64,000 bases of DNA from positions 1 through 64,000 of the forward strand of contig RDEW01000019.1 in assembly GCA_011109175.1 (NCBI GenBank), in the 5' to 3' direction. Position 1 is the first letter of the stretch, and each line of letters opens with the position of its first letter. Position numbers and translations under genes: made by a program. Origin of the DNA: Dicyema japonicum (taxonomy: Eukaryota; Animalia; Dicyemida). This document shows positions 40,901-52,000 of the stretch, piece by piece. Under the pieces are notes generated by a model, which made no database searches, was not told the origin of the DNA, and saw nothing but the letters and a program-made list of their open reading frames with translations.

Positions 40901-41136
40901 CAGGACTAAGCCTTGTGACACTTCCCTCTTCATTACAATCTCTTCAGAAGTAAATCCTCCTCATCTCACAAATGACGTTTTCCTTGTCAGAAGACTCCTT
41001 AACTAATCGAGTAAAAGTTTTAGGATTTCAGCTCTATACCATTCAAAGCTGATTTTCTTCAATTACATAATATTTCAAAAATTACGAAGTCATGTGTGAT
41101 ATAATTAGTTCTTTTGAATGTTAGGAAATTCTACAA

Positions 41137-41592
41137 TAATTAATAATAATAACAGCCTTTTTCATGGAGCCGTGGTATTAGCTCCGCATAGGCAGGACAC
41201 ACACTTTATTTAAGTAAAGAACAGTTAATTTTAACTAAACGTAAAACCAAGGAATGATCTTCACTTCTTTTTTTCTTTTTCTTGTGTGTGGGTACTTTCT
41301 AGACAATCCAGTTCCGCAGTGAGAGTCCACTGATGACGGCGTCACTCGTCAAGCCTTTTTAGCATCGTANAGAACCAAGGAATGATCTTCACTTCTTTTT
41401 TTCTTTTTCTTGTGTGTGGGTCCTTTCTAGACAATCCAGTTCCGCAGTAAGAGTCCACTGATGACGGCGTCACTCGTCAAGCCTTTTAGCATCGTAGATG
41501 CGTGGAACCTTCCACCAGGTGAACAGCAGCGAGATTCGAACCCGTAGCCTAAGCCACTTAAGCCCGACACCTAACCACTAAGCTACCCGGCC
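41137..41592 (-). mobile_element. Full-length tRNA-headed SINE with 14-bp TSD
   Basis: Head GGCCGGGTAGCTTAGTGG..GGGTTCGAATC, a (TTA)n tail, and aggaaattctacaa repeated at 41123-41136 and 41593-41606. It contains a 128-bp N-flanked duplication. Confidence 0.85.
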
Positions 41593-42279
41593 AGGAAATT
41601 CTACAAACACAATCAATTACCGCAACATTTCATTAAGATAGTTCTTAACTATTCTAGAATAAATCAGTCTTTACTTTTACGAATTACCTCGAGTTTGAGA
41701 AGACAATAAAAAAGTTAAAGTTTTAATGAGAAAAAAAACAGAAATTTCAAAGACACAAATGTGAATACTGTATTATTGAGCTATGACAATTTTTGTTTTA
41801 ATAATAGGAGAGAAGACGAGTACATTTCTCTCCAGTGTCGGACGAAGGCTTGCTTCGAAGAGTTACGAGCTTTGTGAAAGACTTTGGTAGAAGCAAAGGC
41901 ACAAATTGGCGGTGATCAGTGGGAACGCCTTCGTAATCCTGGCCTTTTGACTAAAAATCTTTACATGTTTTAATGTTTCTTTTTTCAAAACTAAAATCAG
42001 CCTCTCCATGATTTTTGAAATTGAGTCTATCAGAATAAAGTCTATAGCCAAGGGAAATATTCTCGATTTTTCTGGTTTTGGGATCATCCAAATAATAATA
42101 TTTTTTTAATGCTATATTTTGTGGTTTATAGATGCTATGATGCTATTTTAAGTGCTATAATTTAAATTTTAACTGCTATAAAAAATTGCCTATTAATTAC
42201 ACAAAAAAACTCGATTGTTTTAATGATTTGAAATACAATATTAACGACACATAATACTTAAAAATTAGAAACATAATAC

Positions 42280-43846
42280 ATGACTAATATTCCAGTATTA
42301 ATGGAAATTGTTCGTAATTTTTGTTAATATGGAAGAAGTTTATAAATTAACCAAATTTCTGCCCAAGACGTCGTTTTATGTCAAATTTGAAATCGACTTG
42401 GTTAAAACATTTTTTCTCAAATATATCACATTAGAAGATTATTTCGAAATAAGAGTAAATGTAATTGTTATTTTCTCAGGGGGCTGCTAATTGGGGAGTT
42501 ACTCCATTCGTTGCTGCGGCATTCATTTTCTTCGTGCTTTGTGGATTCCTAGCTTTCAGCGGTTTTCGACTCATTAAGAATCACAAACTCAAATATTCTT
42601 CAATTGTCGTCTACGTTTTTATCTTGTACCCCATTTCATAACTTTAAGGTCGATTTATATTCTGATGTTGGTTAAGATTAAGAATTTAGAAAACGAGGGG
42701 ACAAAACTCAATGAACCATACGACACGATGACTAACTACACCAATTCGTTTATTGATAACTTTGTATTTTTTTCGAGTGACGCATGTAGACATTATGGAA
42801 GACATCGTTTAACAGGACATATTTGAAAATCTTCAACATCTACTATAATTTCACTGATCAATTGAATAGTATCGATTTGGCTATCATCAATGCATACTAC
42901 TGGAAATTCACTACTATCATAAATTCGCTCCAGAACGACATTCTGACGATATCTAAACTCAACATCTCCAAATATAGCTCGACCTCTGACAATCTAAGGT
43001 CTATTTTGAAGTCATCAATGTATTTTGTTCTCTAAGTCCTCTAGAATCTTCGGATTTAGAAGATTAATGTGGATTATCGCTTGTTGGGTATTGTTCTGCG
43101 CAATATGTTTCAAATCTAAAATTTACTCAGTAAAGAAACTGTAAGATTAACTGATCACTCAGATTTTGTCTGATGAGCTCATTTTTTATATTAATTTCAT
43201 CGTTGATACTCACAACCATCATCGTCTTGGGGATGGTCCCATTTGAGATAAATTTTAGATGTTCAACCGATCCTGCACCCACTTTGACCGCAAAATTAAC
43301 AATTTTGGTACTCTATTGGATTTATCACAGGGAACGACTCAATAGCTAAATATTATTGGAGTTGTGAACAGAATACGACGTTCAAATATGTGTTACCTGC
43401 GACTATATTTTAGACGGTCTCTAAAATCAAAGTTAGTAGAATGTTTATGACGATTCAATATGGGCTGTGTCCATATTATATAATGGGAATTGACTGCAAT
43501 AATTTATTTGTAAAATATCGACTTATTTCTAGAATATCATCAATGAACTAAATCATGATGATTTTATAAAATTTGTAAACAACTTGGAGGGACCTCAAAA
43601 TTGCAGCGATTTTAACAGGAATTTAAAAGTTATAAAAAATCAAATCTGTGATAAAACCTCGTAAATTTTTAATTTATGTTAGATATAATTTGATGTATCC
43701 ATGTGTTATTTTCATGATTGGGAATATTATATTTCTGCTATTTGCTTTCATCATTCCGTCATTGGATGGTTATCACTTGTTTGTTATTTACAGAGCCCAT
43801 ACTGGTGGATTCAATATACAATCAATTTCAATTGTTTGAGTTTTGA
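42280..43846 (+). CDS. Tweety/TTYH-like 5-TM protein, paralog 4 (intron 9 donor deleted; in frame if a cryptic donor is used)
   Basis: Same exon structure, with no stops if gtaaaatatcgacttatttctag is spliced; ends LFEF*. Confidence 0.7.
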
Positions 43847-43949
43847 TATTAATTTTTGTTTAACAATTATTTACATTACAAATATATTTCAATTGCAGGC
43901 CCTTTAAGAGTCTTAATTTATTATTATTATTAATAGCACTTTCGAAGAA

Positions 43950-44420
43950 CCAAAAATGTTATTTATTTAAGGTTCCGCTTGTGCCGTATTTTTCTTCAGG
44001 TTATTTTCTTTTTCCACAATTCTCTTGACCAACTTCCTCCATGCTCCGCGGTTACAGGCAGTTATTCCGAGCGTATCCAGATCATCTCCAGTTTTCAGCT
44101 TTCGTCCTACATTGGTAAGGTCCTTGTGTAGAACCTCTGGCAAAGTTATGCGAGGTCTTCCACGGAACGAGGTATTCACTTCTGGGCAGAAATAGTTATC
44201 CATTGCTATTTTAGCAGGCGTCATCTAACTCATTCGAAGGATGTGACCAAACAGACGCCATCTTGATTCCAGGATATCCAGACTCAATGGTTTTGTATTA
44301 CATACTTTGTGTAGATTCTTGTTTGTAATTTTTTTTCGGCCAGTTGATGCCAAGCAACAGTCGGAGTTGCTTACGATGGAAGTCATCTAGTTTGTCCATC
44401 TTAATTTACCACCGTTTTTT
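43950..44420 (-). mobile_element. RTE-like LINE 3' end
   Basis: RWRLFGHILR..PAKIAMDNYF..RGRPRITL, with a (TAA)n tail at ~43920. Confidence 0.8.
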
Positions 44421-44779
44421 TGTTTCTTGGTTTTTTTGGCTTAAATAATAATAAAATAATTGCAGAATTCTCACATTTTGCACGGATGGGGGAAAAAATG
44501 TGAACTGCAATATTTTTCGTATTGTGCGTTACCAGAAACAGGTAAACCACGTGAATAGCGTTGATTTTTTCCAGTCATAGGTGGGACTATAAGATACATT
44601 GGAGGTCCATTGCTTCAAACACAAGGAATAGCTGGATCACTTAATAAATGACCACCATGAATGACAAAATAAAAACGAGATTAGCAAGGAGCTTCAAAAA
44701 TCGCTTATTAGATAATTTTTTCCAAATATATTTAAGCCTACCAGTCATCTTCGTGGTGGAAGATTGAGCTGTTGGAGTA

Positions 44780-46750
44780 GTTATGGTGCTCTATGACATA
44801 ACTCTAATACACGTAATGTATTCATCTCTTCATGATTGGCGTAACTTCTTGTTCCTCTTCTTAATGGACTCGGGTGACATCGGAAGCCTGATGTTTTGAA
44901 ATAGGAAATACTTAACCTGGCTCTAATATGGAGTAGGTTGGACGAGTGTGTCTTGAAAAGTGACAAGGGCATTATTAGTTATTGAATATCGAATGCTCCT
45001 AATAATATAGAATTTCCGAACATTCTCCACGTGGTCTACATAGAGATTACATGACCTTGAGCCGGTTTTCCATTATCCAGGCATTAAGCAGTCCAGGTTA
45101 ACTTGTGTTCTTTCTGTGACCTTCCGGATGTCCCCATCTCGTGCAGCCAAAACAATATCATCCGCATAAGAGAATAGAATATCATTATCAGATTCCAGAG
45201 TCGGGAGATCGGCCAGAATGAGGTTAAAAAGATCAGGGGATACAGACGATACTTAAGGGACTCAGTTAAGGAGGAGATGTGAGATAAATTTCAGTCCTCC
45301 GAGGCATAAACGCCCCTTCGTCAATAGTATCTTCTTCGAGACAGTCAAACGCTTTGAGTATGTTGATCGAGCAGAGCACTGTTTTTAAATGTCTCGGCTT
45401 GTTAGCAAATTCGACTAGAATGAAGTCGGTCAATGTTTGTATGTAGACGTGGATTTCTCATTTTTGAATCCGTGTTAAAAAAAGGCCTCTCTGGTATGAA
45501 TTCTTTAATTCTCGCAAGCACAAGCCTCTCCAGGATTTTTGACATGGAACATAGTAGTGACACCAATTTAAAAGACGTTGGATCATCTCTTAGTCTTCCA
45601 GGTTTCAGTATTGGCCATATTATTGCCTGTTTCCATAACAACGGTATCACATTCTGGTTAATCGAATAGTTGAAAATCGACGTTAGGAAGGTAATTCCCC
45701 CATCTACAAGATTTTTCAATGGAATAACCGGAATTTTGTCTGGTCCGTGAGAGTATGTTGTTTTTGCGGAATTTAGTGTTTCCCTTACATCACTCTTCGA
45801 GAAGAAGAGCGGATCTGACACTTTCTTTAGTTTTATGCGTAAAAAAAGTGTATCCGACTTCCACGTGTGAAATTTTCGTATAGAATTTTATAATTTGTTC
45901 ACATCTCTTTTGAACATAATCCTCCTCAGACAAAATTTCCTCGTCTTTGTCGCGTTTCGAATAGATTTCCAACTTCTCCCGAAGTACGATTTCTATTTAC
46001 TGTCGTAAGTACACGATTCCACTTCAACCTCTGAGCCAGGAGCTCTTTGTCTTTTATTTCTTTATTCTTTATTCTTTATCTTCCAAGGGGATCCGGTTAG
46101 ATTTTTTGAGTTTATTTTTTTAATCAAATTCGTTTTCCCACGATCACTCTACGAATTTAATTGATGTTTGGGTATAGTCATTGATCCTGCTTCCAAGAAT
46201 ATGTGAGTAAACGAGCTGATCGCCTTATCCAGAGAACTGAAGCTATCCAAGTAACAATTCTTCAGTCTGTCTTCAGAGATTGCGCAATACAGTCTCCAGT
46301 TAGCACCTTTGTAATTGTAGCTGCTATGAATTCTCCTCACATTGGCCTCTCTCTTGATCTTCACAATCGGGTTATGGTCGACTCTTGTTTCGTAGAAGAT
46401 AGATCAAGCAATTTTCGATAAAAGTAATGAGGAGCAGAGTGTTAAGTAGGGGAGGTAGACTGATCCGTCTCTCTGAGTGTCCTTGTATTTCTCGTGGATC
46501 ATTCAATATCGTTAAGGAGTCCGCTTGAGATAGCAATAGTTTCCATCTCATGTCGGCTAGTTGAGTTGACAGCCATAAGGGATGCTTCGCATTTAGATCC
46601 CCGCAAATGATGATCTATTCGAGGGAAACAAGTCCTGATAGGTTTGCCATAATATAGTTTTACCGACAGGAACCAGGGGGCAGAATGTAGATATTCACAA
46701 GACGTAGTCTTCCTTTCGTTGTCCCGAGCGAGATTCCAAGCGGTTGCTTA
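44780..46750 (-). mobile_element. Degenerate Jockey-like LINE ORF2 (EN plus RT)
   Basis: YNYKGANW, GPDKIPV..WKQAIIWPILKPGR..SFKLVSLLCSMSKILERL and YADDI. Confidence 0.85.
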
Positions 46751-46849
46751 TAAAATCTGAAAACTTATGTAACTAGTTTTTGAAAAATTCTATTTATATT
46801 TTTAATATAATTTTTTTAAATTTTGAATATATTATCAGTCTAAGTTCGT

Positions 46850-47314
46850 ATGGGCGATTCTTCAAATTCCGATGATGAATTCATACTAGTAGATAATGAA
46901 AATGGCTCCAATGTAGTGATTCCTAAATTACTTATACTTAGATTGAGTCTGTGAATACCTCATTTAACAATGATGACAAATTCAACGATTATCTCCCGCC
47001 AATGTCTATTCCTGATAAAATCCTGGTCACAGGTATGCAAATCCTAAGATCCTTTAGAGGTCCTGAGTTCTTCATTCGTCGAAGACGTGCTCCAGAACAC
47101 TGAGCCATCCTTGAAGGGCAGCATTGCAAGCCAAAAGCCATCTATTATCACCAGGAAGCAATCGAGGACTTCAAGAGGTGACGATGACCTTCGGCAGCAA
47201 GTCAACGAACTCCGATCTGAGCTAAGGTACACTAAAAAGACTGTCCATTTTTTGTTGGTTGCTTTTGCCGCTAATCTGTTATGGAAGATTACTCGGGCTT
47301 TGTTTAAACAATAA
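46850..47314 (+). CDS. Mitochondrial fission factor (Mff/Tango11)-like tail-anchored protein, 3 exons
   Basis: Introns 46913-46941 (29 nt) and 47033-47057 (25 nt) give one frame. MSIPDKILVT resembles the Mff repeat MRVPEKLKVA. A coiled coil (DLRQQVNELRSEL) precedes a C-terminal TM with a basic tail. Confidence 0.6.
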
Positions 47315-48369
47315 ATATTAATTTTATTAAATTTTATTATTTAAATTTATTCTAACGGGACCTAACCCCATCAGGGATAGTAGTTTTCAAACAAGCACTA
47401 GATTGTCACACTGTTGGGAATGTCGAGGGGAACAGCGGTGAAGATTGGTAAAAAGAATTGATGAGACCCTTGAAGACGATGAAGATAGGTTACTAATGTC
47501 GATTGGGGGAGTTGTCGGGAAGAGGATGTTGGGTTTCCTAAAGAGAAGTAAGGCTTTCATATATTTCAAAGTATTATGGTTTATAGATGGTGGAGGATTT
47601 GGAGAAGAGTCTGAGATACGGGGAGACTTATAAAATAAGAGGGCTCCAATGTACTCTCTCTTTGGTGCTAATAAATCTGTCATTTATCAACACACGTGGT
47701 TGATTACCGTTATCGTTTTGCCTATAAGGTTTCAACTTCGAATCTATCTGTGGATGCAATCGCGGTTTCCACTCACAATTCTGCAGCCTGAGTACCTGCA
47801 ATTCATAATTGTCTGTTTTGGTTGTATACTAGTACTTCTACTACTCCCTCAATTGATTAACCTCAGAACGCTCGAGGATATGAGGATTCTTTGTTGGGAG
47901 TTAAGTTCCAATAAACAGACACTTGTATTCATAGATTAGTGGTCTTTATTAGCCAAGACGTCTAATATTTACTTTTTAAGTTTAACATTCATTCAAGTGC
48001 ATTAAACGCTACAATCAAATAATTTGCTTTGCTCAGTTTAAACCAAACCCCCTTAATTCTAAATCAAGATACTTTAGGTGATTCCAAAAACCCGAGATCA
48101 CTTAAAATAGCAACGTGGCAGACTAATAATTTTCCAAAGCAATAATTCAGATAAATTTTCAAAATAAAAGTATTAGAAAGAACACTTTAAACTAAATATT
48201 TAAGTCACTTTGAATGTGAAGAATATAATGTCTTGGATGAAAATGACACGTCTCATTTATTTTAAAAGAAATCAATTGAGAATTTTAAATTGAAGCGCCA
48301 AATAAATTCATATAGCGCGCAAAATTGGCGATATTTAAGGTTTGTTAGCGACGTTTTGGTGTCATTTAA

Positions 48370-48741
48370 ATGTCTTACAGAGAAACTGAAATCTACTCTT
48401 TTGAAGACCAGAATTTGAACGTGGACGCAATCAAATACAGAACCCAGCTTTGCAAGAGCTTTTTAGAGACTGGGAATTGTCGATATGGCGAAAACTGTTA
48501 CTTTGCCCATGGAGAATCTGAACTAAGGGACAAAGTCCGTCATCCAAAGTACAAGACCAAGCTCTGCAAGGGGTACCACGAGAATTTATATTGTAAATAT
48601 GGACCAAAGTGTAACTTCATTCACAATGAAATGAACCAAAATGAAAAAATGCATACCAGCCCAACTCCCCAGTGGATGACCAATAGCAGCAACAAAGTCC
48701 TCAATTTCAAATCCTTTTTAGAGAAATTCCATAAAAATTAG
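48370..48741 (+). CDS. ZFP36: TIS11/ZFP36-family tandem CCCH RNA-binding protein (123 aa)
   Basis: YRTQLC-x8-C-x5-C-x3-H, an 18-aa linker, then YKTKLC-x8-C-x5-C-x3-H. Confidence 0.92.
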   Translation: MSYRETEIYSFEDQNLNVDAIKYRTQLCKSFLETGNCRYGENCYFAHGESELRDKVRHPKYKTKLCKGYHENLYCKYGPKCNFIHNEMNQNEKMHTSPTPQWMTNSSNKVLNFKSFLEKFHKN

Positions 48742-48842
48742 CAAAGTGGGACTTTGAATTAAAGTTTTATTTTCTATGTAAACTGTTTTGTTTAATCAAT
48801 TACTTTATTCTAAGTAAACTGTTTTGCGCTACACGAACAAGA

Positions 48843-48960
48843 GACCCTCGTGAGTGCTGCTGGTTATTTGAGCGATTCTTTCTCGCTATCGTGAGAGGGA
48901 ATATCCATGCAGTCAGGGCAGCCTCTATATAATCGTTTACTCTCGTTTCTTTAATAAAAA
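48843..48960 (+). mobile_element. CRE-like 3' tip (second copy at ~19466-19590)
   Basis: The 19.5 kb copy translates WLFERISLAILRGNSHAV, resembling the CRE C-terminal FQRLS.A.QRGNA motif. Confidence 0.55.
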
Positions 48961-50449
48961 TTGAATTTATTACTTTATACCATTGGAAATTCACAAGTGT
49001 GCTGCATTTAGTCAATTATTTACAACACATGATTGAATTTGAATGGACACTAAACGTGATATGAGAATATATGAGAGACTAAACGAAATTGGTGAGATGT
49101 TAATGGGAGATTAATATTTGTTAACATTAAAACTTAATTAGAGTTACCTTAGAAGCTGATGTTTTGGAAGAGACATGCGTCGTTCGGGGTTCACTCTTCC
49201 GTGTTTATGCAGGACGACCGAGAGTCTCGACGAATTTGATAATGTGGGAGGTACTCTAAATGTCTCCAGAAAAAGTATTTAGCATTCATTCCCTGGTATT
49301 TCCTACATCCAAGATCTTTGTTTCGAAAGTCCCAGATCTCCCATGTGTTGAAGTCTTAAACTTATTTTTGAGAATGAAATTTTTAATTTTGCATGAATTT
49401 ATTAAAGGTAATATCATTTATTCAGAAACAGAAGACAATACAAACAAATCATGTTCCGGGTGCATCGCTTCCAAGGCGCTGTGAAAATAATCTCATTTCA
49501 TATTCTCCAAGCGACGATTATTTCTTCAGTTTCCTCAATTCGACAGAGTAGGCATCTGGGCTGTCAGGTTGGGTAATTGACTAAAGTAAATAATGAACCC
49601 CCTCCCACTCATTTATGTAGGCGGGGATAAATATTTTACTTATCTAATAACCCCGGGTATATCTGAAAGAGTTAATTAACGTATAATTAAGGTATATTCA
49701 GTCCCCATGGTCGGATTGAAAGGTATCATGTCCAACATCACCTGTAGCAGAGAAGAGCAGTGGGCATATCCTGAGACAGGTAAATTAACAGACGTCTCTA
49801 ATGCTTTGAAGAAGGAATATACCCAATTGAATTTTCATTGGAGTTTCTTACTTTCTGTAATCTCGTACAGACAGAACCTTGTGCAAGAAAGAACTCAACC
49901 ATTCTCGTAAATGCTAGAACGTCTATTTTATTTTATCTTAAGATTCAAACACATTTATTTTTAGAATTTACTTCTTGTCAACATCTCGGTGTCTTCAAGA
50001 CAGGAAAGCATGTTAAGTTTAAGATCTCACTCCATCTGTTCCGTAAATTCACAAAGTCTTCCAATCAAAATTGAAAGCGTTTGAAGGATCACCTTAGCAT
50101 CTTGAAATCTTGATATGTTTTTGATTTCCAGTGTAGATTCCAAGTGTAGGTGCTCAGTTGGTATGGTTTTAGAAAGGTATGGTTTTTAAAAAGTAATTAT
50201 TCTTAGAGTGGAATTTTGAGTTTATTTTTTCGACGTTTTTTATTGATAATCAGAGACCCTAGACATGAACAGCATAGTTNTTGATTTCGAGTGTAGATTT
50301 CAAGTGTAGGTGCTCAGTTGGTATGGTTTTAGAAAGGTATGGTTTTTAAAAAGTAATTATTCTTAGAGTGGAATTTTGAGTTTATTTTTTCGACGTTTTT
50401 TATTGATAAACAGGGACCCTAGACATGAACAGCATAGTTTATCGTTGCT

Positions 50450-51420
50450 CTGATGAATTGTCTGTAGATAATCAGGCTCTCTTTGATCTGGCCAAATGAC
50501 CTAGCTGCCACGGCCCGGACTAAGTTGACTTTCTGAGATTTTTCGCATACATATGAGATGTTTTGAACAAAATAGTAAAGTATCAAATATCAAACAGAGT
50601 AGTTAAGGTCTTTTAACCACAGAAAAAAAAGCTTTGTTATAACGTTGATTCCAGGTTGAATTGAGGACGGTCTGTAGTGAAAAGTGCTATTGATTACTTT
50701 TCGTTAGAAGAATGAGGAAATTTCTGTTCATCCATGAAGAAATTTTGTCAATAAGTTCTTGCATGACAATAGAAGCAACCGTTAAGTTGCAATGGGGAGA
50801 GGCTTTTACTACTTTGGATGTCCGGTCAATGGACGCAACAATTGTTTTTTGCGGAAGTTTATTATTGAATCCATCAATAAATTGAGTCAGTTTAAAAAGA
50901 TGGGTTGTAGTCGAATGGTAAGCTCGAAAGCCATGGTGGAGTCTAGAAAATACAGGTAGGGTTGATTAAACACAGTAGAACTCTTTCAGCAATCTTCGAG
51001 AAAACAGAAAAAAGGGAAATAGGACGATAAGAAGAGGAACAGAAGGGTCGCGGTTAGGCTTCAAATATGAATGATTGTGGCTTTATTCCAGAGCATAGGT
51101 ACTGACTGACCCATAAAGTATATTTGGTCCAAGGCTTTTAGGTGATGTATGGCAAGACCGTCAGGCCCTCTTGCATTAGTTTCGAGAATTGAACAAGTTT
51201 AGTAATTAGGGATTGCGGAATAATGAAAAGTCTGTTGGCTTCAGAGGATACGGTCTCTTACAATTGAGTCCTTATCGGTAAAAAATGAGTTATCTTCGCA
51301 TGAGCACTAAAAAGATTGTCTGGTCACGGAAGGATAAGACACGATTTTTTCTTGAGAGATCACTTGAGTCTGGGATGTATTTTCATGAGGATTCTCCACA
51401 AGACAGGGGATCCAGTATAA
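50450..51420 (-). mobile_element. Degenerate Jockey-like RT
   Basis: HHLKAL..WNKATII and HGFRAYHSTTTHL. Confidence 0.6.
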
Positions 51421-51589
51421 GGATTTAGAGTACAAGTAAAGTCATTCTATTCGTTAGTCTTATTTTAAGATTAGGTCGTCAATAAACCAAGTGGAATACT
51501 GTACGAATCCCACCTTCCAAGTTTATAGTTTATATGCGTATTTGTGATCCTTTTCTTCGTATGTTGATGGTTGAAGATAATTAAAATCG

Positions 51590-52000
51590 AGTTGTGGTCA
51601 GTTGAAAGATCATCTAGATGCTGATCGATTCAGCATGGAACAATGTTAAGCCAGAAACCATACGAAACTGTTTTACCAAAAATGTTGTATCTCTTAGTAA
51701 CAATGTAACAGTTGAAATAGTGGAGGAATAAATTGAACAGGACACATCAATTCAGTTTTGGAGTTATTTTTCCAATGAGATTTATTTTTCAAATTTCATG
51801 AATGTGGATTTATTAACGGGCCCTGATAAAGACAAAAACATCGATGTTTTGGAAGCTAAAAAATGTTCTCCTGACAAAATAGAAGAATCTAGTTTCTGAA
51901 ATATTACAACTTATACTGCACTTAAAAGAATAGGAAATCTCAAAAGTTATTTTGAAAATGGAGGTTATCCTGGTGAACATGCAAAAAACGTACCATGTAA
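51590..52000 (+). mobile_element. pogo/Tigger DDE_1 C-terminal remnant
   Basis: SAWNNVKPETIRNCFTK. Confidence 0.5.

Noticed and set aside
41325-41360. Hammerhead ribozyme core (CTGATGA followed by a hairpin)
   Set aside because: There is no GAAA after stem II, and it lies antisense to the SINE.
41520-41592. tRNA gene
   Set aside because: It has A/B boxes but no pairing anticodon or acceptor stems; it continues into a shared body and tail with a TSD, so it is a SINE head.
48290-48345. E2F-like GCGCCAAA sites upstream of the CCCH gene
   Set aside because: Short motif with no independent support.
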